Of a stretch of 64,000 nucleotides of DNA, positions 12,780 through 24,957 are shown piece by piece. A model generated the notes under the pieces. It did not search any database. It was not told the origin of the DNA and saw only the letters and a program-made list of their open reading frames with translations. Position 1 is the stretch's first letter; every line of letters starts with the position of its first letter. Both the position numbers and the translations under genes were made by a program. The stretch comes from Heterodontus francisci (Eukaryota): NCBI RefSeq assembly GCF_036365525.1, contig NC_090387.1, positions 88,453,691 to 88,517,690 on the forward strand, in the 5' to 3' direction.

Positions 12780-15518
12780 CTAGGAATGAGTTAAAGGGAA
12801 TGAGTTAAAATCAGTATTCGTGCATTAGATTAGAAAACCAAAGAATGGTTGCCGAAAAGGGAGAACATTTAACAGCTGGAGTATTCCTTTAATAAAGGAA
12901 CGTCATCGCCCTAGTAAGGCTATCTTGGTTGAAGCAGGAGATGCCAAGGTTTCTTTCATTCTTGTCTGCATCCAACACTGGCTGAGGGAAGACCCCACAT
13001 CTGTGCACTGAAACCAATGTAAGACCCAATTAAACAGAACCCGCATGTGCGATGTCTTAAACTCCCTGCAAATGCTTCACTGTCATTTGCACCTTCGTTT
13101 CGTTTATTACTTCATGAGATGTAGTCGTCGTTGGCAAGGCCAACATTAATTGCCCATCCATAATTACCCTTGAGAAGGCGATAGTGAGCCCCTTCTTGAA
13201 CGTCAGCAGTCCGTATGCTGAATATACATCCACAGTGCTGTTAGGGGGAAGTTCCAAGATTATGACACAGTGATAGTGAAGGGTCGGGGATAGAGGTTTT
13301 AAATAGTTTTCAGCTATATCAATAGGGAGACATTAAATTCTGTGATATAGTTTCACAGACTGCGTAGCAGTTATGAAAACAACATAAAAAAAAATATTGC
13401 CTCTATTCCAGTCTTGCAGTGACCCGGGGAGAGCCGTCCGCCCTAACCCTAACTTGATACATTTCTGCGATCACGTGTAGGTCATGACTCCAGTTTGCTC
13501 TCAGCGTGAATAAACTCTAATCTCCGTCACAGTTCACATATTTCGAATAAAATAGCTCGAAAGGCCAAATCAACAGAAAAAAAAAACAACTCCATCCGAA
13601 TATTCTGCATTTGGAGATATCCGTGTCCATCATTCCTTGCGATGAAGTAAATTCCAGAGACTCCGCTCCGGGCTGAAGCCTTGCTGATGCAATGTAAGCC
13701 CTTCGTGAGTGACCTATCTGTTTCGCACTTCTGGGCTGAGCGTCGCTGAAATTGACCGTTTCACTGTTTCTTGTCTAATTGATTCCCTATTTGCTTTCTG
13801 GTTAGATTACAGAATTTAAAGAGAGAAAGACTGATTACCGGACGCACCCCCAAACTCTCTACCTCAGTCCAGTCCCCTGCCCTTGCGCCGTATTCTTTAA
13901 TATTTTCCCTCCAGTATTAATCTAATTCCCTTAAGACCCCTGTGTTTGATATCTTTTAATAGCCCTTGTGCCGTTCTATGCCACGCTCTCACAATCGGTT
14001 GAGTTAAAAAATAATCTTCTTTCGACAGATAAACCTAAATTCATGCGCCTACATCATGAGTAACGGCATTCAAATCCCTTCTACTGGATCTGCCTTTAAC
14101 CTTTGTTGATCTCCAGGATTTAAGCCCGATATCACCAAGTAAATGCATCTCGCCCCTTCTCCTTGGCATCATTATAGTAGCCCAATCTGTCGGCACTACT
14201 ACAACTGTGGCATAGCCAAGGACTTTCAGATAGGGAAACGTAGGATTCAATGCCTCTCTCAACCACATTATCTAGATGGCTTCATTTCTGGGACAATAGA
14301 TACTATTTAAACATTGTATAAAATCCAAACCGTGTCTATTTTCCACAAAGAGAAACAGAAATGCTCAGGCTGCGGATCAAATCACCACGAGAACAATTTC
14401 TCGTGAAAAGTCCCTCACCTTCTCTCTCCGGTTCTTGGAGTCCGTCGTTAAAATACCAGCGAGAGTCATAGGGCAGGGCTTACACTGTAACCAACATGAA
14501 GTTTTAGACCGAAACGAGGTGTCTGAAACGTGTCAAGAGAAATAAGTACTGGCGTTCAACAATCGCCAACATATCTCCATCGAAAATGCCTCAAACTCTG
14601 CACTGAATGTCGGCTGTAAATACAAAGCGATCTCTGGTTCCACAATCCGGGTACATTCACTGCAGTCTTTTGGTATATCTGAGGAAGCGGATTACATTAT
14701 ATTTCTGCTGGACCCGTCGACTCCAGTGCAAACCTTAGTTTTGGATCAGCGCCTAGTGCAAATAACCGTTTCAGTTACTGCTCATTCCACCTCTCCTACA
14801 GACACATTGTCTCTTTCCATTTAAGCCTGTTCGGCTTATCAATAATTACTCATTTAGCAACGCTCCGAAGCCTCACAAAGCTTCTAAAAACTTTAATTTC
14901 CTTTTAGATTTCTCCAATTTCCATCAGACCGACGAGGTCACAGTTTGAAATTAGAATTGCTGGAGTAATTATTACCTTTTTCTCCATTCTCTCCAACCGC
15001 TAACTACTCCACTTCACCTCTTAATATCCCCATTTACAATCTACTCGTTTATTTTCTGGAACTGACCTTCATTCGAATAACCGCAGCTCATTTCCGCTCC
15101 ACTCTCTTGTCGTTCAGTGAAAGCTATAAACTCATTAGCCACTAACTGTTTTACCTGAAATATGTCACCCCGAGTTCAAAAAGTACTTTATCCATAAAGT
15201 TTCCCAAATATGTGACAGCGATCACATTCCAAGTCTAACAGCACTTCCGTTTGCATCGCAAACAGCGTTCAAAATAATAGTTCGATCCACTAAACACAAT
15301 CACTGTCTCCCCCCGTGAGAAAGCTTCACATGACCTGCTTATTAACGGCCTTTCAATTGACTTTGCTTCACTAACATGACTTCCATTCCGTTCATCTCTG
15401 ATTTGAATCATGTCTTGCTGTCTTGCACCGGGATTATGGACAATGCTTCGGCGTCACTGCTGCGATCATGCTGGAGTCTCAGACTGAGTTGGGCCAACAG
15501 ATATTCCGATAACACGCG

Positions 15519-15600
15519 GGTGGGGGTGGTGGGGGGGGGGGGGGGGGTGGGGGGGGGTGTGTGGGGGGGGGGGGGGGAGGGGGGGGAGGGAGGGGTGGCG
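15519..15600 (+). repeat. Poly-G / G-rich low-complexity tract
   Basis: Multiple long G runs in the V-C1 intron of gene A. Confidence 0.85.
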
Positions 15601-16239
15601 GAGAAGGGGAAGTTTATATATGCCTAACAATGGAAATCAACTCGATCACTGTAAATAAATCCATCAAGTGTAAATTACAATAAGTCCAAATATAATCTCC
15701 CATTAGTGTGAATCGAATAATCAATGTATGCACTATCTGTGTAGCAAATAAAATCTATGAATGCAAATGTAATCTATTAGTCCTGTAAATTAAATCGATT
15801 TGTGTAAATACAATTGTTATGGAAGCAAAATGTTTATCATTGAGAAACTAAAATCTATCAGCATAAATAAAATCTGTTACCAGTAAATATGCCAATTACG
15901 TTATGCAGCCGAATATTGTTACCCCTTTCCCTGCTATCGCTTTGTTTTTCTTTTCCTTGCCCCTTTTCTCTGTGTTATACTTGTGAACAGTTACTGACAA
16001 ACCCTTTTTTGTATCCTAGGTGTGATTCAATAGACAATCAGGAAGATACATTGTACTCCGGTCGCTTGGAGATCGGCTCCTCAGTGATAGAGGATTGAAT
16101 TTATGTGATTCCAAGGAGGTCGGTATTCAGTCTAATGCAGTTTTCTGTTATTCGATAAATATTTAACACTAAATGAAATCCAGAACATTCATAATTTTCT
16201 ATTTTTAAATATGTTATATAAAGGGCTACATAAGTGGCG

Positions 16240-16830
16240 TGGTTACTACAGCAGGTTAGAGGTTGGATTTTCTGCAGCAAGTGACTTAGCTGTTGACTCC
16301 CAAAGCCTGTCCGCCACCTACAAGTCAGGAGTCTGATGGAATACTCTCCACTTGTCTCGATGAGTATAGGTGCAACAATACTGAACACGACCCCCCCCCC
16401 CAAATTCTACTTGATGACACTCCATCCACTATCGTAAGCACCCACTCTCTTCGTCAGATGTGCACTATAGTTGCATTATGTGCCATCCACAAGATGCACT
16501 GCAGCACTCGCCAAAGCTTCTTCGACAACACGTCCCAAGTCCGTGAACTTATCAGCTAGAACGACAAGGTGACAGCCACATAAAAACGCCACCAACTTCG
16601 ACTTACCTCCAATGCCATCTGCATCACAGTTGGACATAGACTACCGTGTCTTCATCATCAGGGGATCAAAATCCTGGAACTCCATACACGAGAGCACTGT
16701 GCCAGCACTTTCTCCGTATAGAATTCAGCCATTGAAGGGACCCCAACACATTTTCAAGGACAAATTGGGATAAGCAATAAATGCTGGCCGTGCCAGCGAT
16801 GCTCATCTTCCGAGAATTAATTAAAAAATA
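16240..16830 (+). mobile_element. CR1-group LINE 3' fragment (second family)
   Basis: Similar to 60600-61190, including the tail aataaatgctggcc..gccagcgatgc. Confidence 0.7.
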
Positions 16831-17095
16831 AGTACATGATTAGGGAGAAGAGCACAATGATTGACTGAAGTCAGTCATTCTGAATTCCACGGTCTGGTAA
16901 ATGGTGCGGCTTTGTGTGAACAGACAGGATTCACTACAAATCAAGGGGAATCAACGCCACAGATCGTAACAGAGAGAAAAATGCCTTGCAGTTCCTTTGT
17001 TAAATAATCTCTAATAGAGACCTGTATAATTTTATGCTGGTCCATTATCCCCCCCACCCCACCTCTCCCCAGCTCCCCACCCCAGTGTCACTCAC

Positions 17096-17416
17096 CGTGT
17101 ACAATCAGCTCAGTTCCATTCCCATTGGAAATCATTCCTTTCAAGTCTCTCACGCTGCAATAATAGACTCCCGAGTCCTGGAAAGTCACATTCAGCAGGT
17201 GGAACTCGGCAGATCCTTGCTTGAAAGGTGTCATTATTTTCCTTTTGTCTGTCTCCGAATCTAAAGTCCCGTCCTGGCCGTTTCTCCGCCAATAAACAGC
17301 CACCCATGCGTTAGGACGGAAAAGTGGGATAGAACAATAAATGGACACATTTTCACCTTTCACTGGAGTCAGCCGGGCGGGGAACTGAAGCACTGAGAGA
17401 GGAGTCTCTTTCGCAG
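17096..17416 (-). CDS. Gene A exon 2: VJ-type Ig V-set domain (NCR3/NKp30- or SIRP-like)
   Basis: VSIYC..VYWRR..FHLLNVTFQDSGVYYC..NGNGTELIVH, with a J-like GxG G strand in the same exon. Acceptor ttctgacAG, donor CG|GTgagt, 321 nt, phase 1-1. Confidence 0.93.
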
Positions 17417-17568
17417 CTGTCAGAAATAAATACAAAGACGTATAAGCAGAAATAATGATTAGGAAGATGGAAAGGGAGGACGTAATGCGTAAGATATAGA
17501 ACGAATAAACTGGACAACAGAATTATTATGCAATTCCTTAACTATCAGATAGGCCTTAATTTCTGCAC

Positions 17569-17623
17569 CTGTGTAAATAATGTCCAGGGCTGAGAGGTAC
17601 CACAACACATCCAGCACAAGCAT
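17569..17623 (-). CDS. Gene A exon 1: probable leader MLVLDVLWYLSALDIIYT
   Basis: ATG followed by 55 nt ending AG|GTgcag in phase 1, 152-nt intron to the V exon; same layout as gene B. Two Asp residues make it an imperfect signal peptide. Confidence 0.65.
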
Positions 17624-17664
17624 TCTGAGCAATGTCGATGAAATCGATTAGTCCTGCCGTAAAT

Positions 17665-17940
17665 CAGTAGGAAGTGATGAAAGGCACGGGGACGGAAAGA
17701 TTTGAAGACAATCGGGCATTGAACGTGTTGAAATATGGAGCACCACAAGATAGCTGACGCTACAACTTCAATGGACTGGTTTCACTTTTACGTCAGAGCT
17801 GAGAACGCACAGTGGAAGTTGAAGCCACCCACATAACGTGTTAAGATGAATACGGAACATTTTTGCATCATGCGAAAGTTTCCGAATTGATGCAGTTCTT
17901 GACTAATTGCAAACTTGACCAATTTGTACGGGGACTTTCA
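17665..17940 (-). promoter_or_regulatory. Putative proximal promoter of gene A with IRF-E, ETS and kB-like motifs
   Basis: AAAAGTGAAACC (minus, 17778-17789) fits the IRF element; AGGAAGTG near 17669; GGGACTTTCA at 17931-17940 is one mismatch from the kB site GGGACTTTCC. Short motifs only. Confidence 0.3.
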
Positions 17941-19096
17941 TGCAGGTGCAGTGAAAGCGGTCTGGCTCCATTCACTTTTTTCTCTACATCCTTTGGCCCC
18001 TGAGTCCTGGGGCCATGCAATGGAAACATCGCCGGAGAGTTGGGTGAGCATGGCATCTTTTTTTAATTAAAGCATCCTTCGGTCTCGAGGGCCCCACACA
18101 CCAACTGAAGATAATCCATCAGCCTGTCTTCTTGAAACAATATGTGGATAGTACAACTAGGGATGGGGCCGTTCTGGGCCTGGTATTGGGGAATGAGCCG
18201 GGCTAGGTGGTCGAAGCTTCAGTCGGGGAGCATTTCGGGAACAGTGACCATAATTCCATAAGTTATAAGGTACTTGTGGATAAGGATAAAAGTAGTCCTC
18301 GGGTGAAGGTGCTAAATTGGGGGAAGGCTAATTATAACAATATTAGGAAGGAACAGAAGAATTTAGATTGGGGGCGGCTGTTTGAGGGTAAATCAACATC
18401 TGGCATGTGGGAGTCTTTCAAATGTCAGTTGTTTAAAATCCAGGACTGGCATGTTCCTGTGAAGATGAAGGATAAGTTTGGCAAGTTTCGGGAACTTTGG
18501 GTAACGCGGGATATTGTGAGCCTAGTCAAAAAGAAAAAGGAAGCATTTGTAAGGGCTGGAAGGCCAGGAACAGGCGAATCCCTTGAGGAATATAAAGACA
18601 GTAGGAAGGAACTTAAGCAAGGAATCAGGAGGGCTAAAAGGGGTCATGAAAATTCATTGGCAAACAGAATTAAGGAAAATCCCAAGGCTTTTTATACGTA
18701 TATAAACAGCAAGAGAGTAACTAGTGAAAGGGTTGGCCCACTCAAGGGCAGAGAAGGGAATCTATTGTGTGGAGCCAGAGGAAATGGGCGAGGTACTAAA
18801 TGAGTACTTTGCATCGGTATTCACCAAAGAGAAGAACTTGGTAGATGATGAGCCTAGGGAAGGGAGTGTAGATAGTCTCAGTCATCTCATCATCAAAAAG
18901 GAGGATGTGTTGGGTGTCTTGCAAAGCATTAAAGTAGATACGCCCCCAGGGCCTGATGGGATCTACCCCAGAATACTGAGGGAGGCAAGGGAAGAAATTG
19001 CTGGGGCCTTGACAGAAATCTTTGCATCCTCATTGGCTACAGGTGATGTCCCTGAGGACTGCAGATTAGCCAATGCTGTTCCTTTGTTTAAGAAGG

Positions 19097-19712
19097 TGCA
19101 CAGGGAAAAATTGTGGCCGATGCTGCTGAATAAATACACACACACATATATATGAAGATGAAAATGTAGCCACATATAATTACAAAATGGGGTATTTACC
19201 CAAGGCATTGTGGGTCAAGTTAGTTAGCTTGCAGTCTTGAGCATGGTACTGCTCAGCACAGGCAATTAGCCTGACCAAGGAGGACCCCCATATCAGTGCA
19301 TAAGATAGCTGCTCTGTCAAATTGCGGACTACACAAAGCAACTAGGAATGCAGGCCTGATAGAGGTAGAAGGATTCATTGTGAAGACTCAAGGATAGTTG
19401 ATAAGGGGGGTTTGGTAAACAACCAGAGATGATCAGGGGTGTACCATGAGCTATTCCCACAACCACATAATGCATAATTAATAATTTTATTGGTAATGAA
19501 TGTAATATATGTAATCAATAACTGTTATGATTGGATTATGTCCAGCCAGGATGGGTTGAATATCTGTATATCTGTTGTGGATTTTCCTTTGGTCAGTGGA
19601 GAGGCATCTTGACAGCCCAGTACCTGATCCCGCTGGCGTAATGAAATAAACTGTTTGACATTGGAGCAGACCTGAGTGTCGAGTGATTCTTCTAGATTCA
19701 TTCCCGGTAACA
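19097..19712 (+). repeat. ERV 5' LTR
   Basis: Direct repeat of 24369-24957; AATAAA near 19645; ends in TAACA. Confidence 0.93.
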
Positions 19713-19714
19713 AT

Positions 19715-19732
19715 TGGTGTAGTCGGCAGGAT
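19715..19732 (+). promoter_or_regulatory. Primer-binding site, tRNA-Ser type
   Basis: TGGTGTAGTCGGCAGGAT, 2 nt after the LTR; one mismatch from TGGCGTAGTCGGCAGGAT. Confidence 0.8.
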
Positions 19733-21561
19733 CAGGTGTAAGTCAGCTCTACTGTAACCCCGAAGGGGCCAAGGGGGAGTTGGCTGGAGCCTGATCCCGA
19801 ACTTGAGAACAGGATTCGGCGGTCGCTTGATACCATCAGGAATACCGGGTGAGTATCTTTAAAGCTTATCCCGGGGACGGGTGATGTTTCGCGATCGACG
19901 AATGCCAAGTTTGTGAACAGGATCTGACCAATGATCAAACGGTGGTAGGTAGTTCATTAAGATACGGAGGCACTGTCGAGAAGGGTTTGGAGTATATGTA
20001 TGCGTATATATATCATAAGCTTGCTGTGTACCGACTGACTTGTGACCCCACAGTTAACCAGGAGACAGTCTACTACAAGTTGCGTAGGTTGAAAGCCGAC
20101 CTCTGAGAGTAGAATTTTAACGGTTCTAATCCTACCCAAGCCTGGTCAGTGAAAAGATAGAGCTCGAGCGGGGACCAGAGGGTTCCCTTACGTGTTATTT
20201 GGCAGTTCAGAACAGTTCAGAAACTTATCGATAAGATGATTAAATCTAATTGGAATCCCCACGACCCTGCCGCAAAACAAAGGGAGTGATGACAAAAAAA
20301 AGAAAATCATTCACTATTTTTATGGCAGAGTGACATAAAAGACTATGTTTAGAGTAAAAACAAGTTACTGTGTTTTTGATTCGACTGTGAGAATGTTGGA
20401 AGCGTCCACAAATGAATTGAATGTCTGGGATGTGCAGCTTGTGTTCTGTGGAACTTGTGTTCTGTAGAACTGACTGTCGTTAACTCTTTGTTGTCTGGCT
20501 TTAATGTTGAAAGCATGAGTCTGTTAAGTTGTTTGGAATAGAATGAATGTGAAAAATGATTGTTGAGTGTGTTCATTTCGATTTAAGATTGTACACCCAG
20601 GAATGGGATATAAAATTGAATTATATTTTAAGTTAAAATTTTATTTTGATTTTAAAAGTTGGTTTTGCAACTGTGAAAGGGCAATGAACAATTTTCGAAG
20701 AGATAACCTTCAGCCTTGAAGGTCTGAAGATGTTTGGCAGAAATCCAATTTGAAGTTTACAATTACTGCTTTAATTGGAGTTCCAGTTTAAAATCTATTC
20801 TAGTTTTTTTGGAGTTTAAATGTTTTACTGACTGTTTAAATGGAGGACATGTTTTACTGACTGTTTTAAGTAGCAAATGTCAAGAATTGGATATTGGTTT
20901 AAGGGAGAGATGGATAAACAAAGGAGATATGGGAAAGATTCTGTCTGTTTAAAAAGCTGGTGTTAAATCTTTTGTTATAAGAATGTTAAATAACTTTTTC
21001 TTTAGTTTTTGGTTTTATTACAGTCATTTGAAAAGGCGCCTGAAGAAAGAAGAAAAATGACGTAATTTACCTATCTTTTCAAAAAAGGCACGTGCTATTC
21101 TGTTCTGTGTGTAGTTACTAAGTATTATAAGTTAATAAGTCTGAATTAAATTAATACTGTTAAGGTTAACTAACCTGTTAAGTTGAGGAAAACTTTTAAA
21201 TGTTTATTGTCGTGAACCAGAATTTGTAATCATCTGGGTCATATAAAATCCTTGGACCAGAAACCTCTTACAACAGATGCTAAACGTTTGGAAGCAATTG
21301 GAGTTTAATCTAAAATGCTGTCTTTCCCGATGGAGATGGCTTTCTTTGAAGTTGATAATGTTACTAAAGATTTTGTTGTTTGAAAATCCTAAGGATACCA
21401 AAAAAAAACGTTTAAAATGGAGTTTAGTTCTTTTCGAAAAGGAAAAAAAGGTTACGTAAAGCGACACAGCTGAGAATGCTTTGCTCTGCCCCCTTGGAGA
21501 CAAGCAAAGAAATTAACCTAGCTGCAGCTATCTTTATCAATGAGACAAAGTGCTTGAGAAG

Positions 21562-21880
21562 GAGCGGCACAGTGGCGCAGTGGTTAGCACTGCAGCCACA
21601 CAGCTCCAGCGACCCGGTTTCGAATTTGGATACTGCCTGTGCGGAGTTTGCAAGTTCTCCCTGTGTCTGCGTGGGTCTTCGCCAGGTGCTCCGGTTTCCT
21701 CCCACATCTAAAGAATTGCAGGTGATAGGTAAATAGGCCATTGTCAATTGCTCCTCGCGTAGGGAGGTGATAGGGAATATAGGATTAGTGCAGGGTTAGT
21801 ATAAATGGGTGTTTGTTGGTCGGCACAGACTCAGTGGGCCGAAGAGCCTGTTTCAGTGCTGTATCCATAAATAAATAAAA
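21562..21880 (+). mobile_element. tRNA-derived SINE (HE1-like) inserted in the ERV
   Basis: Head gcggcacagtggcgcagtggttagcac; CR1-like tail gggccgaag..tttcagtgctgtat plus (TAAA)n; same family as 27825, 30784 and 42322. Confidence 0.88.
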
Positions 21881-22599
21881 AGGAGAAATAGTAGCACTTC
21901 TGTCTTGAATGAAAAAATGCAATTTCATCAAGCCTCGGCATAAGAAATTGGAATCGATAAACAAAATTAAATTGATATGAGTGGTTATTTAAAGCATTCA
22001 AAGGGAAATTTACTGTTATTTGAATTTGGAATAATCTGAGATGTCGAAAATTCAGGTTCAATTTGGTAAGTTATTTAAGGAACTAAGATGTCATCTAAGG
22101 TAAAAAAACAAACAAACCATATATAGTAATGCCTGGAATCAAATGGAAATGTTAGATTTCAGTTTTAAGGAGTTATGAATATTGATTGTAAAGGTTCTTC
22201 AGGGCCCAAAATGAAATAGAATTATAGTTCATGGAAATTGGCAATTAGATCTGGCAAGAGTCAATAAAGGAATTCTGGGGATAAACAAATGATGAAGTTA
22301 GAATTCAAACAGCTAAATTAATATCGTGTGAAATTTCCAAGAAGTCTAGAATTTTCCAGGAAAGTATAGATAAGACTGGCAATTGATAGTTTTCTCTTGG
22401 AGATATGAGTTTTTAAGAGGGCTACATTTGAAAGTCTGGCCATTTTTGATCTTTTGATAAGATCACCTGACGAACGGGTCTCAAACATGTTTACTGACTT
22501 GAGAAACAGCATGGCATGAAATGGTTAATGCAGCCAGTGCAGTGAGACAACTCACATCGAGAAAATGATTTTATAATAATCAGGATAAATTAAACACCT

Positions 22600-22860
22600 T
22601 AATAATGACAGGAAGGGCAATGAGGTTGCCACGGGATGTCATAGCAGGTAGTGAGGAAATAGGACCCGCAAGAGAAAGGGTCAAAAGATTTTTGAAGGAG
22701 TTGTGCAGACAACTGCACAAGGTGAGGCAGGAGGTTCTATAGAAACATGAAAGAGGAACAGGCAAAGGTGTCTGTTGTGGGAGACAAAGTAATGGTAAAG
22801 GGAAGGGCCGATGGAAACATTGATCCCAACCGAAGGTATATAAAGATAACAGCAAATGAT
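22600..22860 (+). pseudogene. ERV integrase C-terminal remnant
   Basis: Manual translation LIMTGRAMRLP..FLKELCRQLHKVRQEV, then VGDKVMVK after a stop and frameshift. Confidence 0.55.
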
Positions 22861-23083
22861 AGACTCCGAAATAAACACCACCTGGTACGCAAAGAGATAC
22901 CGGGAATGGAAGAATACACTTGAGAATGGACTACTCGGGGGGCTGGGAATAATGGTAGTATTGATAGGCATTTGGATTATTATTAGAAGGGCTACTAACT
23001 GGGCAAGGATTGTGGGGAATGAAGCCCGAGCACAACGGGACCATATAGATAATTTCGAAAGAGTAGAGATGATAAGAATATAA
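22856..23083 (+). CDS. 75-aa single-TM ORF inside the ERV (accessory gene or displaced env anchor)
   Basis: ATG to stop; NTT sequon; hydrophobic GLLGGLGIMVVLIGIWIII followed by RR. Confidence 0.4.
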   Translation: MIDSEINTTWYAKRYREWKNTLENGLLGGLGIMVVLIGIWIIIRRATNWARIVGNEARAQRDHIDNFERVEMIRI

Positions 23084-23599
23084 ATTAACTCCTGGATTCC
23101 CCAGGACATGTTCGGTCCCCACAGGTAGACATGGATCCCTCATCAGGGGTTACTCACAACATGGACAAGTACTAACACCTGGTGACCACCAGGGCAGTGT
23201 GTTTCAATTACAGATATAACCACCAGTGGAGAATGGGAAGGAACCGGACTGCAGTGACTGATGCTAATATCCGAAGAGGAAGAACAAAGACTCGCTAATG
23301 GATGCACAACGGATTAATGAAAGGAGTAGTAATATGGACTATATGAACTATGGGGCATTGTACAACATGTTAGATGGGAAGTGTATAATGGCGAGTAAAC
23401 CTATTTGAATGCATGGCTTACGGTGAATCCGGGCAAAGATGAAGTATGTGTACGGTGTTCCACAGATGGCCGTGCTAACTGCGTGACCAGACAGAAAGGG
23501 AAAGGGGTAACTGAGAGCTGTGTCTTTGGAATTGTTTGTGCCCCTCCCATTGGGCAACAGATGATAAGGAAAGTTGAAAGGAACATGGATATGTGTGGG

Positions 23600-24300
23600 T
23601 ACATCGAGCCCAGCTGAAGCGTTGGATGATAATGTAAAACATGAAATTGTGCCTGTGTTGATCAATGTCTCAGGTATCCGGATGCCACAGTATTGTTCAG
23701 ACAGGCTAAGAATATGTATAGTATGTTAGCCACTGTAATAGTGCGACAAGCTGCTGATGCCACAGGGGCCACAAGGATAAGGGGGCGTAACCCATTTCAT
23801 CGATACAAGAGGAAAAATATTAAATGATGAAGTAACAGGGATCAATACTGGAACTTCTTTAATCAATTCTTTACATACACAAGCGGTAAACGAGAATGTG
23901 GAACGACTCTGGAGGGTTATAAGGGAGCTCATAATTCAAGCTGAGGGGGCCCAATCAAACAGGTCTGGGGCAGAGAACAATGGAAATACAACGAGATGGA
24001 ATAGAGGTGCTGGAGGCCCATGCCAAGACTATTAATCACTTTGAATGCCGTACTCGGCAGGGACAATTGTGCCACGCTTATGGGCTGTGGATGGCGCAAC
24101 AAATGAGACACAACCTCGATCAGCTCCAAAGGGGGGAGGTACCAGATTGGATCGACAGGGCAATATCTCCCTCCGATATCATCTGACAGTGATTTTACAA
24201 GGTCGGGGTACCAGGGAAATGGAAGGTACTGCGTTTCCACCATCGAAACATCATACTGCGATGGAAGTTGATGCTGTCCCATACCATACCCAGACTTCTG
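23600..24300 (+). pseudogene. ERV env-like fusion glycoprotein remnant
   Basis: PVLINVSGIRMPQYC..HRYKR (furin site), frameshift, ILNDEVTGINTGTSLINSL..VNENVERLWRVIRELI..CHAYGLWMAQQMRHNLDQLQRGEVPDWI. Confidence 0.65.
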
Positions 24301-24368
24301 TTTTACCCCTCAACAAGCAGTCACTATATAACTAGCCTGGATAGTTTATATTCAACAGCAGGGGGGAT

Positions 24369-24957
24369 TGTAGAGGGACAAATTGTGGCCGATGCAGCTG
24401 AATAAATACGCACATCTATATATATAAGATGAAAATGTAGCCACATATTGCTACAAAATGGGGTATTTACCCAAGGCATTGTGGGACAAGTTAGTTAACT
24501 TGCAGCCTTGAGCATGGTACTGCTTAGCACAGGCAATTAGTCTGACCAAGGAGTCCCCCCCCATATCAGTGCATAAGACAGCTGCACAAAACAACTAGGA
24601 ATGCAGGCCTGATAGAGGTAGAAGGATTCATTGTGAAGACTCAAGGATAGTTGATAAGGGGGGGTTTGGTAAACAAGCTGAGATGGTCAGGGGCTATCCC
24701 AACAACCACATAATGCATAATTAATAATTTTATTGGTAATGAATGTAATATATGTAATCAATAACTGTTATGATTGGATTATGTCCAGCCGGGATGGGCT
24801 GAGTAACTGTCTCTCCGTTGTGGATTTTCCTTTGTTCAGTGGAGAGGCATCTGGACAGCCCAGTGACCTGTTCCCCGCTGGCGTAATGAAATAAACTGTT
24901 TGACATTGGAGCAGACCTGAGTGTCGAGTGATTGTTCCAGATTCATTCCCACTAACA
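24369..24957 (+). repeat. ERV 3' LTR
   Basis: Preceded by the PPT agcagggggggat; direct repeat of the 5' LTR with small deletions. Confidence 0.93.

Larger units (their letters stand above)
19097..24957 (+). mobile_element. Endogenous retrovirus, internally deleted, with two LTRs
   Basis: TG..CA LTRs at 19097-19712 and 24369-24957; AAGG TSD (19093-19096 / 24958-24961); PBS and PPT present; integrase C-terminal and env remnants; no RT seen. Confidence 0.93.

Noticed and set aside
14419-14484. AG..GTGAG-bounded segment in the V-C1 intron
   Set aside because: It gives an immediate TAA in the required phase 1 and has no recognisable domain.
17000-17500. Rearranging Ig/TCR V segment with RSS (also considered for 62303-62614)
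   Set aside because: The J-like strand and splice donor are within the V exon and no heptamer-spacer-nonamer flanks it. CACAGTG hits near 13266 and 63071 lie inside LINE fragments.
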